A program made the translations under genes and the position numbers. 64,000 nt of DNA, taken from IMG/VR virus record IMGVR_UViG_3300005670_000019; one strand, 5' to 3'. The notes below the pieces were generated by a model that had not been told where the DNA came from, searched no databases, and was given only the letters and a program-made list of their open reading frames with translations. Shown here piece by piece: positions 37,391 to 48,426 of the stretch. Within the stretch, counting starts at the first letter, position 1, and each line of letters starts with the position of its first letter. The DNA is from a virus. Its lineage: Duplodnaviria; Caudoviricetes.

Positions 37391-39052
37391 TCATTCTCCA
37401 AAGATGCGTTTTGAACGTGCTTCGTCAATCTTGTTTTTCGTTTTTGTATTTCCGTCACTTACATGTTGGTCCGTACTTGGTTTTTGCTGACTGTTTGCCG
37501 TTCTGACATTTGTCAAACCAGCACTGATAATGCTTGCTGCTGCTGTGGCGCCACTATCTGGTCCATATGGAGTACATGTACTTGCTTGCAAAGCCAATCC
37601 TACTTGTTGAAGCAAATTGGCAACTTGATCCCTCACAGCTTCAATCTCTTTTCTCATGTCAGATCGTAGATTTTCGATTGTTTCTGCAATGCTTTCACCA
37701 GCTTCTTTTACTTTTGTGTATTTCAGATAAGGTTCTGGACCTGCTTCAACAGAATCCAAATCGGGTTCTTGGGAACCATCAGTCGCTCTTCCAAGGAAAA
37801 TTTGAGCTCCATTTATTTGAATGCGTCCATCTTTGGTAATCAAAATATTCGCTATGGTATTTTTATCACCTTCTTTGACAATAAGAATGGAACCTTCTAC
37901 TTCTTCATTATGTCTTGCAATAATTCTAACGTTGTCACTCTTTGCAACAACATATGAACGATTTTTTACGCCACTTGCCTCTGGTTGTGGCTGAACAAGA
38001 ACATTACTTGGATATTCCAATTCTGTCAATCCAAAACTTTCATCTGCTCTAGCTTGTTGTGCAATATAAAGCCTCGAAGCATCCTCAACAAAGTCATTGT
38101 CACCCTCTTGTGGGTTGTTGTTCTTGTTGCGTCTGTATGGGGCTCTATCTGCCTCTAGAAGCCCTCTACGATTCTCTATAAGGCGCGCAGATGTTTTCTG
38201 TGGGTCTTCGTCCTGTGAATTAGGAACGGTCCTTCCACGACCTGCTACAAGGTCTATACAGCCCGCAGAACCAGAGACGTCCAGTTCTGATCTTGATGTT
38301 CCAGAAGTTTGATCTTCACCCAAAAGAATGGCTGAATTATTCGATCCCTGAATGAGGAAATCTCCGGGTCTTTTCTTTTTGATTGGAACAGGTTCATATG
38401 TTGTAACTTTGTTAGCCTTGGCTGTTTGAAAGATTGTTTCAAACGGGTTTTGTCCAACATCTGTCGGAGACACTCCAATAGAAAACGTAGATGAAGTATT
38501 TCCTCCATTTTGAAATCCGGGAGGAATAGCTTGGTCAGTTCGTTCGTCTCTTTCACTGGTTCGATAGTTATCTGGATGAAAAGTTGGATCAAACTTTCTA
38601 TCTGAATGTGAATAGTTTGGATCTTCGATTGTTGCCCATTCAGTTGGACGAGAAAGCCAATATCCAATCTTCATACCGTTGTTTTGAATGTCTTCAAATA
38701 GTCCCCAAACCATTTCACCAGCTTTTACTGGAAGCATCAAGTGAGATGAAAAGAAAGGTAGAAGAATAATCCCTTGGGCATTGGTGCTTTCTTGTTGGTC
38801 TGAGACGATTCGCGCAACAACAGATCCATTCGGCATTACATCAATGATTTCTGGGTTTACAACAGATGAGGCGATTAGATCGAGGTCCTCTTCTTCAAAT
38901 TGTTCAATGTCATAAATCACGTCAACAACAACACATTTGACAAAAGAAGACGGATTGCCTTGTTTGCGCAAGGCACCTAAATCATTAGAAATGTCAGTTC
39001 TATTACCTGACGTCAATCTCCTATTTGGATTGAATCCGCTTCTTACTGCCAT
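37391..39052 (-). CDS. Baseplate hub/central spike protein (gp5-like OB domain)
   Basis: LPVKAGEMVW..., GYW, GDFLIQG..NSAI.LG, SD.VRIIAR; position upstream of gp25. Confidence 0.65.
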   Translation of the reverse strand: MAVRSGFNPNRRLTSGNRTDISNDLGALRKQGNPSSFVKCVVVDVIYDIEQFEEEDLDLIASSVVNPEIIDVMPNGSVVARIVSDQQESTNAQGIILLPFFSSHLMLPVKAGEMVWGLFEDIQNNGMKIGYWLSRPTEWATIEDPNYSHSDRKFDPTFHPDNYRTSERDERTDQAIPPGFQNGGNTSSTFSIGVSPTDVGQNPFETIFQTAKANKVTTYEPVPIKKKRPGDFLIQGSNNSAILLGEDQTSGTSRSELDVSGSAGCIDLVAGRGRTVPNSQDEDPQKTSARLIENRRGLLEADRAPYRRNKNNNPQEGDNDFVEDASRLYIAQQARADESFGLTELEYPSNVLVQPQPEASGVKNRSYVVAKSDNVRIIARHNEEVEGSILIVKEGDKNTIANILITKDGRIQINGAQIFLGRATDGSQEPDLDSVEAGPEPYLKYTKVKEAGESIAETIENLRSDMRKEIEAVRDQVANLLQQVGLALQASTCTPYGPDSGATAAASIISAGLTNVRTANSQQKPSTDQHVSDGNTKTKNKIDEARSKRIFGE

Positions 39053-39055
39053 ATG

Positions 39056-39466
39056 TCAGTGCTTCTTTCGCCTTGAGAAAGGATCGATAACTTCTTTCTT
39101 TTCGATAGTTTCATAGACGTCTTCTCCATCTATGTAGTTGTCCTCTTCCTTCTTTCTGCTAATGAGATCAGCTAACTTGATTAATTGATCGTTTGCTTTA
39201 CTCATTCTTTCAAGATATTTTGTGATTGTTTGTCCATGGATTGCATGCTCATTTGAGTTTCCATGAACCTTCATGTAAAGATCAGAGAAGCAAAGGTAAG
39301 CATTGCTTCTGTCTGTAATGGCATTTGAATAGATGTTCTTCCACAATGCCTTTTGTTTGTCTTCAAGAGAACTGATTGAATCAAGCACGTCAGCAAAATC
39401 TTGGATTTGTCTCTTGTTTTCATCGTTGAGTTCTTCTGGTGATTTTAGGTCAAATTCTGTTGTCAT
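39056..39466 (-). CDS. Hypothetical helical protein
   Basis: 136 aa, GGAG SD. Confidence 0.7.
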   Translation of the reverse strand: MTTEFDLKSPEELNDENKRQIQDFADVLDSISSLEDKQKALWKNIYSNAITDRSNAYLCFSDLYMKVHGNSNEHAIHGQTITKYLERMSKANDQLIKLADLISRKKEEDNYIDGEDVYETIEKKEVIDPFSRRKKH

Positions 39467-39486
39467 TATTTCTCCGTATCAAATAA

Positions 39487-39515
39487 ATTGTACCTATAAT
39501 TATGGCAAAGTTCAA
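39487..39515 (-). promoter_or_regulatory. Sigma70-type promoter whose spacer contains the palindrome ATAATTAT (39496-39503)
   Basis: TTGAAC-17 nt-TACAAT upstream of ATG 39466. Confidence 0.55.
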
Positions 39516-39521
39516 TTCCAA

Positions 39522-40043
39522 ATGATTTATGTTCACTTTACAAACCTGAAAGATGCCGTTGCTATCAAAAAGAGTGGAGTTCTCTGGAAGAGTTCCTATA
39601 TCGAAGGTATCTTTGCTGTAGCAAAAGGCGGGTTTTCATCACCAGGTGTTCAACAATCCAAACTTGGTAGAGTAAGTAATAGAAATGTGGCAGTGGTCTT
39701 CAAAACAGAAGTTCTGCCAGATGCAGCCTTTCCGGAAGAAGTTGTTTGGCATGATCTTGAAGATATACCAATAAAGGTCATAAGCATTGTGAATCTTGAT
39801 CAGTTGGAAAGGTCAGGTTTTCTTGATGAGAGCCTGCCCATAGATCCAGAGTTTGATCAACTTTCCATCCCACTTCATCCTGCATTCTCTTGGTTTCCAG
39901 ATAGAGACTGGACAAGAATGCCAAAAGGAACCAAGCCGTGGATCCCGGGAAGAGACAATGAGAAATACAAAAAGGCTCACGCCATGTTTGCAGCGGAAGC
40001 CTCAATAGAAGAAATTTCAGATTTTTGGAACTCTTTCAAATAG
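39522..40043 (+). CDS. Putative ADP-ribosyltransferase-fold protein
   Basis: YVHFT...IKKSGVLWKS...GIFA resembles HYD-type ART N-termini; start moved from 39333 to ATG 39522. Confidence 0.5.
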   Translation: MIYVHFTNLKDAVAIKKSGVLWKSSYIEGIFAVAKGGFSSPGVQQSKLGRVSNRNVAVVFKTEVLPDAAFPEEVVWHDLEDIPIKVISIVNLDQLERSGFLDESLPIDPEFDQLSIPLHPAFSWFPDRDWTRMPKGTKPWIPGRDNEKYKKAHAMFAAEASIEEISDFWNSFK

Positions 40044-40788
40044 CGTCTTCAATCGTTTTCTTTGCTGTCTTATAATGTTTTTTCAAGTTGCTCAAAACCA
40101 CAGAAAGTTGTTTTGGAGTTAGATTGGTGATCTCTCTAATGTAAAGAAGGATAGCTCTCTTTGAGACAAGATCAAGATCATCAAGTTGGTCAAGAACGAT
40201 CTTGATTGCTCGAACTGTTTCCTTTTCGTTTTCTGTTGTCGAAAGACTTTCAATTTCTTTGATGAGATTTCTTACGTTTTCACGCAAGTTCTTTTGTTCC
40301 AACATGTCTTCCCAAGTTGGAACAATTGAATAGTTCTCAATCGTCTCCATGTCATGATTTGAGATTCCATCTTGGTTATCAATAGAAATATACCTTTGAA
40401 CATTTTTGACATTTTGCTTTGAGCGAATCGTTAGGTAGCGTTTTGCAACAACGTTGAAATAGGAAAATGCTTTTGAGTTTTTTGCAGAATTAAACTTGAG
40501 AATAGCTCCATAAAGGAACTCCACACATTCACTCTTCAAATCTTTTTTTGTTTCGTGAATGACATTGAAACCATAGACGTTTATCAAATTTTCAACAAGG
40601 GCATCAAAAGCTGGAAAAATTTCTTTTTCATAGATTTTGTGCCTCTCTTCTTTTGTCGTCGCTTTTTGATATTTTATGATCGACTCCTGTGTTTGAGCCG
40701 TAAAATAGTTCTTTGATTTGCCCGGCTTTCGCTTTATCAGACGTCGACCTTCAATACGTTGAACACCTTTTGTTTCCATCATTTCCAT
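40036..40788 (-). CDS. Phage late-transcription sigma factor (T4 gp55-like)
   Basis: KNYFT, LVENLIN, DLK.E, KFN..K.SKAFSYF..VAK (sigma region-2-like). Confidence 0.75.
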   Translation of the reverse strand: MEMMETKGVQRIEGRRLIKRKPGKSKNYFTAQTQESIIKYQKATTKEERHKIYEKEIFPAFDALVENLINVYGFNVIHETKKDLKSECVEFLYGAILKFNSAKNSKAFSYFNVVAKRYLTIRSKQNVKNVQRYISIDNQDGISNHDMETIENYSIVPTWEDMLEQKNLRENVRNLIKEIESLSTTENEKETVRAIKIVLDQLDDLDLVSKRAILLYIREITNLTPKQLSVVLSNLKKHYKTAKKTIEDAI

Positions 40789-41189
40789 CTTTCATTCAGT
40801 TTTTCAAGGTCTGCTTCTGACAATCTACGTGTTGTTCTCTTGTATCTTGCAATCGTTTTTAGAGCCTGGTCTATTTCATCAACCTCTTCGACAACATACT
40901 TTTCTTTAGAGAATTCAACAAATCTCTCAATCAATCTGCTTACTGAAACCTTTGCCATCGTAACATCATCTTTAGCTTCTACGACTGCCGCTTGAAGTTC
41001 TTGGTTGTCGAAATAAAGTTTCAAAGCAAGGAAACCTTCAAGACTTTGTTCAACATTTTCAAATGCGTCGATTGTTTGAGAGAGTTCATCTTCTAAAACC
41101 ATGATAATTTTAGCTAACTGCATGTATTTTACAATCATCACAGTCAAAGCCAAAACAAGCAACGCAGTTAGAATTCCAAAAAAATACAT
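40779..41189 (-). CDS. Membrane-anchored coiled-coil protein
   Basis: N-terminal hydrophobic helix, then heptad-rich region. Confidence 0.65.
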   Translation of the reverse strand: MYFFGILTALLVLALTVMIVKYMQLAKIIMVLEDELSQTIDAFENVEQSLEGFLALKLYFDNQELQAAVVEAKDDVTMAKVSVSRLIERFVEFSKEKYVVEEVDEIDQALKTIARYKRTTRRLSEADLEKLNERWK

Positions 41190-41195
41190 AAGACC

Positions 41196-42359
41196 TCAAA
41201 GATATGTAGAAAGAACCTCATCGTATTTCTTTGAAACACTTTCAAACGAATATCTTTCTTGAACTTCGGACATTTGTTTCTTGGCAGCTTCGACAGGAAT
41301 CTTTGAGTTCTCGTAGAACTTCAAAAGACGTTTCTTTGCACTTTCCTCTTTGACAACTGCCCATTTTCCTTCTGGATGAAACAAAGACTTGACGCTGTCT
41401 GCTGGTGTTGTTGGTTTCAGGTCGTAATCAACGGAAAGAAATCCAGGAGTTTTCAGAAACTCCGTGTGAGCTGACCAGTTGGTTGCAATGACAGGAAGTC
41501 CACATGCTGCTGCCTCAAGCATTGGAAGTCCGAAACCCTCTCCTTTGGTGAAAGAGAACAATGCCTTGATTTTTGGATTTTTGTACAGACCCGCAACTTC
41601 TTTATTTGTCATTGTTCCATGAAGAAGATAAACTTTTGGATTTTGTGTAAGTTTGGACTCCATCAAAATTTGAGAAAGGATGTGTTGAGAAACTCGTTTA
41701 TCAATTGTTGAGTTTCTTCCCATGTTGGTCTTTACAACCAACCCAACATCATCTCTATCTTTGAAAACCTCACAGAACCACCTGATTGCGTAAAAGGTAT
41801 TCTTTCGATCTGTATCTGGATTTCCTGTAATCTGTCCAAAGAGAAGGAAGTTGAAAGGAGTAGACAGTTCAAGATGTAATGGCTCTGCCGATACACATTC
41901 ATCTAAAAAGCTCTCGGGGATGACGACAATCTTGTTGGCAAGTGAAGGATCAATCGCAAGAAAGGCGCGGCGAGAGAACTCACTTGGAACAACAACCAAT
42001 GACATTTTGTGAACATGAGGAATCCACGAAGGGTTTACCTTATCTGCTTCGATTCCTGCCGTTATTCCAATGTTTACTTCACCAAGATTTTCATCCCATT
42101 CATTTGGAAGTTGAACTTGAAGAGTTAGTGAGTATTTTGGAAGTTGTTTTTTTGAAGCTTCAATAACTTTTCCAATCAACCCATTTTCTCCATCACCATT
42201 CAAAAGCCATGGTGTGTTACCCCAAGGAAGTGGTTGACAGAAAACAGATTGCTCTGGAAACTTGTTAAAAGCCCAGCGTGCAACTTGTCGTGCATGAACA
42301 CCATAACCGGAATTAGTTAGAAATGGTCCACGAAGAAGAACAGTTTTTTCACTTGTCAT
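41196..42359 (-). CDS. Glycosyltransferase (GT-B, family 4-like)
   Basis: SGYG, DRKN, GEGFGLPMLEAAACGLPVIAT. Confidence 0.92.
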   Translation of the reverse strand: MTSEKTVLLRGPFLTNSGYGVHARQVARWAFNKFPEQSVFCQPLPWGNTPWLLNGDGENGLIGKVIEASKKQLPKYSLTLQVQLPNEWDENLGEVNIGITAGIEADKVNPSWIPHVHKMSLVVVPSEFSRRAFLAIDPSLANKIVVIPESFLDECVSAEPLHLELSTPFNFLLFGQITGNPDTDRKNTFYAIRWFCEVFKDRDDVGLVVKTNMGRNSTIDKRVSQHILSQILMESKLTQNPKVYLLHGTMTNKEVAGLYKNPKIKALFSFTKGEGFGLPMLEAAACGLPVIATNWSAHTEFLKTPGFLSVDYDLKPTTPADSVKSLFHPEGKWAVVKEESAKKRLLKFYENSKIPVEAAKKQMSEVQERYSFESVSKKYDEVLSTYL

Positions 42360-43845
42360 TTGTCAACACACTTTCTTTCTTTTGTCTCTTTTTGACGTTC
42401 ATTGTCTTTTTCAATTCACTCATTTTTTTCATAACTTCTTCTTGAAGTTTTTGATTTTCATTCAAAGCCGCGGGTGGCTGTTCGACTCTTCTAACTGGAG
42501 TATCGATGGATTGCAAAGTCCAGATGCCGACTTGTTCTTTCGAATTATGTCGGAACTTCTCAATGGTTGAAGAAAGTGTTGCATCCCAATCTGCGATGAC
42601 TTTTTCAAAGTTGAATTCATGATCAACATAATCGATCATTTGGGCTTTTAGTGTTAACTTCTCTTCTGGTGTGAAGTTGTACACCTTGATGAACGCATCA
42701 CGAAGTTGCTCATGAGTGAAAAAGTCTTCATAGATATATGGAACAAGTTGAGAACCAATCAATGAACGAACAGCAGGTTGAATAGCGACTCCATTTTCTT
42801 TTCCGGTTCTGTAGTCAATAACTTGACGCGTGATTCCTCCGGTGCAAAGTCCTATGATGGGCTTCCCGACCTGCATTGAAATCAATGTGGAAAGACCAAA
42901 GCCTTCATTCTTGGAAACATTCACGGTTGTATCAACAATGTTATGAAGAATGTTCATCTTTTCAAAATCAAGTTGAACAGTTGAAAACCAAACATTGTTC
43001 TGCAATCCAAGAAGCTCAGCGTTTGCCAAAAGATTTGGACCGGCTTCATCATAAGGATTTGTGTGCATGATCAATGCAGCTTTTCGATGACCTTCTGTCT
43101 TTTCAAGATGATCAAGAAAGAGCTTCCATGAAGTGAGCACATCTCCAGGCATCTTTCTTGATGCATTTCGATTTACCCACAAGGCAAAAAACCAATCGCT
43201 CTTATCTCCGAAATTCTCTTTGCGTAACTTGACAATATCTGCATCAGGAAGTGGTCGATAGATTTCTTTTGGAAATGCGTGTGGAATATAGTTTGTCTTT
43301 TCAGGAAAGTTTGGCTTCACAAGTTCATATGTTTTATAAGCCAAACAGTTGATCAAATCTGTTCCTTCATAGAAAGGACTGTTGAATGCTGGGAAAGGAT
43401 CATTATCCCAAACGTGCCAGTAAACAATAGGACAAACCTGACGGACTTCATCTTCAATTTCCCACAACCAGATAAACTGACGTGGGTCCGTGAAAATAAA
43501 GATTGCATCCGGCTTCTCGATTGCAAGAAGGTCACGAATCATTCTTTGATCACCGAAACCATTGATTGGCTTCACAATAAAATCTGGATTGACAACAACT
43601 GTATCATAGTTGTCATGCTTCATCGCGCCACCAAGACAACGAAATGAAAACTTTCCGGTTTTGATCAATCCTTCAATTAGAAAACGCGCCTGAACACCGA
43701 CACCTGACGGAGCTAGTGGGTGATCTGACAACATCAAAATTTTATACTTTTTTGAAGGTGTCTTCATAAAGAGATCATCGTCATCATCGGTTTCTGGTCC
43801 ATTAGGACCCAAAAGTGCTGGGTCAACTGTCAATAGGTCTGCCAT
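42349..43845 (-). CDS. Glycosyltransferase (GT-B, family 4-like)
   Basis: LSDHP..PSGVG, NRNASRK, NEGFGLSTLISMQVGKPII. Confidence 0.92.
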   Translation of the reverse strand: MADLLTVDPALLGPNGPETDDDDDLFMKTPSKKYKILMLSDHPLAPSGVGVQARFLIEGLIKTGKFSFRCLGGAMKHDNYDTVVVNPDFIVKPINGFGDQRMIRDLLAIEKPDAIFIFTDPRQFIWLWEIEDEVRQVCPIVYWHVWDNDPFPAFNSPFYEGTDLINCLAYKTYELVKPNFPEKTNYIPHAFPKEIYRPLPDADIVKLRKENFGDKSDWFFALWVNRNASRKMPGDVLTSWKLFLDHLEKTEGHRKAALIMHTNPYDEAGPNLLANAELLGLQNNVWFSTVQLDFEKMNILHNIVDTTVNVSKNEGFGLSTLISMQVGKPIIGLCTGGITRQVIDYRTGKENGVAIQPAVRSLIGSQLVPYIYEDFFTHEQLRDAFIKVYNFTPEEKLTLKAQMIDYVDHEFNFEKVIADWDATLSSTIEKFRHNSKEQVGIWTLQSIDTPVRRVEQPPAALNENQKLQEEVMKKMSELKKTMNVKKRQKKESVLTNDK

Positions 43846-43894
43846 TACAATCCTTTTCTATCTCATATTAGTGCCAGAACTGATTGATGTATCT

Positions 43895-44884
43895 TCACAT
43901 GTTCAATTCACGATCAAAGTCTTCTTCATACATTATCTTGACTAGTTCTTTGAACGTAACTGTCGGTGTCCACCCAAGCTTCTCTCTTGCTTTTGTGGCA
44001 TCACCAAGAAGAAGAGGAACTTCATGTGGTCGAAAAAGTCTTTCGTCAATCATAAGATGTTTCTCAACATTTAGTCCTGCAAGAGAGAATGTTTCTTCAA
44101 GAAATTCTCTAACTGTGTGAGTTTCGCCTGTTGCAATGACATAATCATCAGGTTCAGGCTGTTGAAGCATTAGCCACATTGCACGAGTGTAATCGTCAGC
44201 AAGACCCCAATCTCTTTTGGCATCCAAATTACCAAGTTTCAAAATCTCTTGTTTGCCAAGTTTGATTCTGGCAGCAGCCATTGTGATTTTTCTTGTTACA
44301 AAAGTCTCACCTCTTACTGGACTTTCATGATTGAACAAAATCCCACAACTGATATGAAGTCCGTATGCTTCACGATAGTTTCTGCAAAGATTATGAGCAT
44401 AAAGTTTTGCACAAGCGTAAGGAGACGCTGGCATCATCTTTGTTTCTTCGTTTTGTGGAGCTTCTGGATTATCTCCATACATCTCACTGCTTGAAGCTTG
44501 ATAAAATCTGGCGTGAGGAACAATTTGACGATATGCTTCCAAGAGCTTGAGTGTACCTCCGGCAACAACATCCAGAGTTTCTTCGGGAACTTCAAAAGAA
44601 ACTCTTACATGAGATTGCGCTGCTAGATTGTAGATTTCATTTGGTTGATACTTCTGCAAGAGTCGATACAGACATGAACTGTCTGTCATGTTTCCGTATT
44701 CCAACTTGAAGTTCGGATGAAAGAAAACGTCACTATCTTCATCAAGTCTATCAGTGTTGATGAGAGAAGTTCTTCTCTTCATTCCAACAACTGTATAACC
44801 TTTTTCAAGAAGTTGCTTTGCTAAAATAGAACCATCCTGACCTGTTACACCTGTAATAAAGGCTGTTTTACCAATGTCAGTCAT
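43895..44884 (-). CDS. gmd: GDP-mannose 4,6-dehydratase
   Basis: [64 protein letters not shown]. Confidence 0.97.
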   Translation of the reverse strand: MTDIGKTAFITGVTGQDGSILAKQLLEKGYTVVGMKRRTSLINTDRLDEDSDVFFHPNFKLEYGNMTDSSCLYRLLQKYQPNEIYNLAAQSHVRVSFEVPEETLDVVAGGTLKLLEAYRQIVPHARFYQASSSEMYGDNPEAPQNEETKMMPASPYACAKLYAHNLCRNYREAYGLHISCGILFNHESPVRGETFVTRKITMAAARIKLGKQEILKLGNLDAKRDWGLADDYTRAMWLMLQQPEPDDYVIATGETHTVREFLEETFSLAGLNVEKHLMIDERLFRPHEVPLLLGDATKAREKLGWTPTVTFKELVKIMYEEDFDRELNM

Positions 44885-45828
44885 TTCATTCCTCTTATTC
44901 TTTCTTTTCTTTCATTCAGAAACCAGTTCCAAGTCTCGGTCAATCCCTTTTTCAAAGGGGTGAAATCTTCTTGATCCCAATGCAAGAAGGTTAGGTCAAC
45001 TTTTGTCGGTTTCTTTTGTTGACCATCTGGTTTCATCAAATCCCATTGAATTGTATCCGGATCAACGTCGGCTATTTCACACATCAAATTTACAACATCA
45101 ACAATCTGATAGTTTGTAGGATTTCCAATATTCAAAGGTTCTTCCTTGTCATAAAGGATCAATGCCTTCATGATGATTTTGCAAATGTCTGTAGAATAAG
45201 TGAACTCCCTTTCAGGTTTTCCTGTGCCCCACATTACAATCGGTGTTCCATTTTCTTTGAAATCAGCAAACTTTCGAATGAGAGCTGGAATGAAGTGACT
45301 AGTTTCCAAGTCAAAGTTGTCATTCGGTCCATAAAGATTGTTTGGAACTAGCGTCACAAAAGCCGTTCTTCCAAGTTTTTGATTTAGGGCACGTCCATAT
45401 ACATCAATCATGCGCTTCGCGTAGGCATATCCGAAGTTTGAAGGATGCGGAGGTCCATCATGAAGTTTCTCTGCCTCTATGGGATATTCTATTTTGTCTG
45501 GATAGATACAGGAGGATAGTAGAGACACTGTTTTCTCACAATCGAACTTGGCAGCAGTTCCAAGAACATTTAGAGCCATTTGAACATTTTGTTCAAAGAA
45601 CTCTGCCTGGTTTTCCATATTGTCTTTCAACCCTCCAACGCGAGCCGCCAGGTGAATAACATGAGTTGGTTTGTAAACAGAAAAAGCCCTCTCAACATCT
45701 TCTTTATTCAAGAAGTCAACTTCTTGTCTAGTGGGAAAAAAGACCTTTTCATTTTTCAGAACTTGCCGAAGAGAACGACCAACCATTCCCCATCCACCTG
45801 TTACAAGAATTCTTCTTTTCATGTTCAA
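44881..45828 (-). CDS. fcl: GDP-L-fucose synthase
   Basis: [53 protein letters not shown]. Confidence 0.95.
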   Translation of the reverse strand: MNMKRRILVTGGWGMVGRSLRQVLKNEKVFFPTRQEVDFLNKEDVERAFSVYKPTHVIHLAARVGGLKDNMENQAEFFEQNVQMALNVLGTAAKFDCEKTVSLLSSCIYPDKIEYPIEAEKLHDGPPHPSNFGYAYAKRMIDVYGRALNQKLGRTAFVTLVPNNLYGPNDNFDLETSHFIPALIRKFADFKENGTPIVMWGTGKPEREFTYSTDICKIIMKALILYDKEEPLNIGNPTNYQIVDVVNLMCEIADVDPDTIQWDLMKPDGQQKKPTKVDLTFLHWDQEDFTPLKKGLTETWNWFLNERKERIRGMK

Positions 45829-46982
45829 CCTTTGTAAGAGTTTACAACAGAAACGATATGTTCTCTGTCTTCATCTGTAAGCCACCATCCAACAGGAATA
45901 CAAAGATGAGTTTCGTCAAACAATCCAACAAACTCTAAATCATCTTTTTTGAACATGGAAAAACATGTGTATTGATCATTTCGAACATGAACAACATCCG
46001 AAGCAATCCCATTTTCTTGAAGATATGTTTGAAACTTTCTTCTATCTGAAGAATTATTCAAGAAAATCGTGTAAAGCCACCAAGAAGGTTCAGACACCAA
46101 CGTGTTTACTTTTGTTTTGCCAATCAAAGGATTGTTGATGTACATGTCAAAGTAGGCAGCATTCATCTTATGCTTCCTAATAATGTCTTGAAGATATGGC
46201 AATTGAAGTAGACCAATAGTGGCGTTGGTGTCATTCATATGATATTTGAAGCCAGCTTCACAGATATTTTGACTCCACTTGGAACCTTCATACTCACGGC
46301 TCAATCCAAACCATCGAAGTTTGCGCGCACGCCGAGCCCACGAAGGACCTTCACTGTCTTTATTGAAAGGACAAAAAGCAACGGCACCACCATCACCTGT
46401 TGTTAGATGTTTGATTGCCTGAAACGAGAAACACGTTATTGTTCCATGATTGTCAAAACAATCTTCTCCAACAAGAACTTTCTTCTCTGTCCATTTTGCA
46501 CCCAAGGCATGTGCTGCATCAATTACCAAATAGATTCTTCTTTTTTGAAGAAACTCAAGGATTGATGGGTCAAAAGGAATGCCGCCCCACATAACAGCAA
46601 CAACTGCTTTTGTTTTATCCGTAACCAAACGCTTTACGGAATCCAAGGCAATGTTACCTGTGGCTGGATTGATGTCTGCCCAAACAATTTTGGCACCTCG
46701 ATGAACTAGTGGCTCATTTGTAGCAGCACAAGTCATCGGGGATGAAATCACTTCATCACCCTTACCAATATTCAAACAAGCATAAGCAAGATCAAGTGCT
46801 GATGTTCCAGAGTTTGTTAGGACCACATTTTCGTTCTTGATGAACTTTCCAAACTCTTGTTCAAACTTTGTTGCAACAGGTCCCTCGGACACCATTCCAC
46901 TATCCCAAACTTTTTGTATAGCTTCTCCGATTCCTTCGGGTTTATGTACTTTGAAAAGCGGGATTGTTTTTTCGATTGTCAT
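45825..46982 (-). CDS. DegT/DnrJ/EryC1/StrS PLP-dependent sugar aminotransferase
   Basis: NSGTSAL, DAAHALG, FSFQAIKHLTTGDGG, GFKYHMND. Confidence 0.95.
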   Translation of the reverse strand: MTIEKTIPLFKVHKPEGIGEAIQKVWDSGMVSEGPVATKFEQEFGKFIKNENVVLTNSGTSALDLAYACLNIGKGDEVISSPMTCAATNEPLVHRGAKIVWADINPATGNIALDSVKRLVTDKTKAVVAVMWGGIPFDPSILEFLQKRRIYLVIDAAHALGAKWTEKKVLVGEDCFDNHGTITCFSFQAIKHLTTGDGGAVAFCPFNKDSEGPSWARRARKLRWFGLSREYEGSKWSQNICEAGFKYHMNDTNATIGLLQLPYLQDIIRKHKMNAAYFDMYINNPLIGKTKVNTLVSEPSWWLYTIFLNNSSDRRKFQTYLQENGIASDVVHVRNDQYTCFSMFKKDDLEFVGLFDETHLCIPVGWWLTDEDREHIVSVVNSYKG

Positions 46983-47935
46983 CTTTTTGTTTTCTCCATG
47001 TATGATTTTATCATCTCATCGAGAGAACTTTCAAGCTTTCGCTGCTGTTTCCATCCAAGCTTCTTTGTTTTTGAATATTCAAGGGCATAACGGACGTCGG
47101 CACCAGAACGATCACTTGACATATCAGCTACGTTTTCAAATGTTGTTCCAAATTTTTGCGCAATCATTGAGACGATTTCTTTTACAGAATATTCTTCATC
47201 TGATGCAATGTGATATGAAGTGTTTCTCTTTCCCTTTTCTATGATCTTGAGGATAGCTTCAACATTATCTTCAACATGAATCCAGTTTCTTACATAAGAA
47301 CCTGAACCATGGACAGGGACCTTTTTACCTAAAATCATGTTTGTAATGGCGCGTGGTATCAACTTTTCGCTATGTTGACGAGCGCCATAATTGTTGGTCG
47401 TTCTTGTGATGATATATGGAATTCCATATGTTCTTCCCCAAGCAACAACGAGTTGTTCTGCTGCTGATTTTGAAGCTGAATATGGGTTGCTTGGTTTGTG
47501 GCGATCGTTCTCACGAAACCCAACACCCTTTTCCTTGTCTCCAAAGACTTCATCCGTACTGATCTGAATGAAAAGGGGATAGGCGTGCTCCCAGCCTTTC
47601 TCCATATTCTCGACTTTTTTGTTCTTGAGCAACTCAAGTAGATTATGGACGCCTTCAATGTTGCTTTTCAAAAATGGATCGGAGGTTGTGATTGAGTTGT
47701 CAACGTGACTTTCTGCTGCAAAATTTACCAAGAAATCACATCGAGGAAGCGAAGTCAATTCGCTAATATCAGCTTCAATAAACTTGTAGTCGCCTTCAAA
47801 CTCAAGATTTCTATTTGCTGCATAAGTCAATTTGTCAATATTGACAACTGAGTGTCCTTGTGAAAGGACTTTCTCAATGAAGTGACTTCCAATAAACCCA
47901 CAACCGCCAGTAACCAAAAATGTTTTCTTGTTCAT
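46979..47935 (-). CDS. rmlB: dTDP-glucose 4,6-dehydratase
   Basis: TGGCGFIGS, DKLTYA, NFAAESHVD, ISTDEV, PYSASK, NNYG, EKLIP. Confidence 0.93.
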   Translation of the reverse strand: MNKKTFLVTGGCGFIGSHFIEKVLSQGHSVVNIDKLTYAANRNLEFEGDYKFIEADISELTSLPRCDFLVNFAAESHVDNSITTSDPFLKSNIEGVHNLLELLKNKKVENMEKGWEHAYPLFIQISTDEVFGDKEKGVGFRENDRHKPSNPYSASKSAAEQLVVAWGRTYGIPYIITRTTNNYGARQHSEKLIPRAITNMILGKKVPVHGSGSYVRNWIHVEDNVEAILKIIEKGKRNTSYHIASDEEYSVKEIVSMIAQKFGTTFENVADMSSDRSGADVRYALEYSKTKKLGWKQQRKLESSLDEMIKSYMEKTKR

Positions 47936-48426
47936 AATCTTTTTTCCATGAAAATCTCTTCAAAAGTTTCTCCATCTTTTCTTGTATGAAAACCACGAGA
48001 AATTTCTACGAAGCCGAGATCCATGTATAGGTTATGAGCAATATGATTTTTTGAAAAAACTTTCAACGAGGCTTTTGAAAAATTGTTCAATTTCAAAAAC
48101 TCAAAAAACAAACGATAAAAAGGTTTGGACAATTTCCTTCCTTGAAACATTGGGGATATGTCCATTCCAATCATAATAGTTTTTTCAATTTGATTGGAAG
48201 TTCTAAAATATCCAATTGAATGTCCATTTAGTTCGGCAATAAAAAAAGAAGGGCTTTCTCTATCAAACCAACTGAACGTTTCCTCAAGACTAAAAAAGGT
48301 GTTGTCATGCAAATTCTGACGAACTAAATTCCGCACCTCATTGTAAAATGAAACATCGTCAGACGTCATTTTTCTAATTGCGAAAGATCCAGATTGGATG
48401 CTGTCAATGGTGAATAAAGAAGTCAT
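47932..48426 (-). CDS. GNAT N-acetyltransferase (PseH-like)
   Basis: FQGRKL, L.V...N..A..LY..LGF; start moved from 48489 to ATG 48426. Confidence 0.8.
   Translation of the reverse strand: MTSLFTIDSIQSGSFAIRKMTSDDVSFYNEVRNLVRQNLHDNTFFSLEETFSWFDRESPSFFIAELNGHSIGYFRTSNQIEKTIMIGMDISPMFQGRKLSKPFYRLFFEFLKLNNFSKASLKVFSKNHIAHNLYMDLGFVEISRGFHTRKDGETFEEIFMEKRL

Noticed and set aside
29791-39052. Extracellular contractile injection system or T6SS
   Set aside because: Co-located primase, Mre11-Rad50, head-completion nuclease and late sigma indicate a phage.
39333-39521. N-terminal extension of the 236-aa plus-strand ORF
   Set aside because: Overlaps the antisense gene 39056..39466 and its promoter; ATG 39522 is more plausible.
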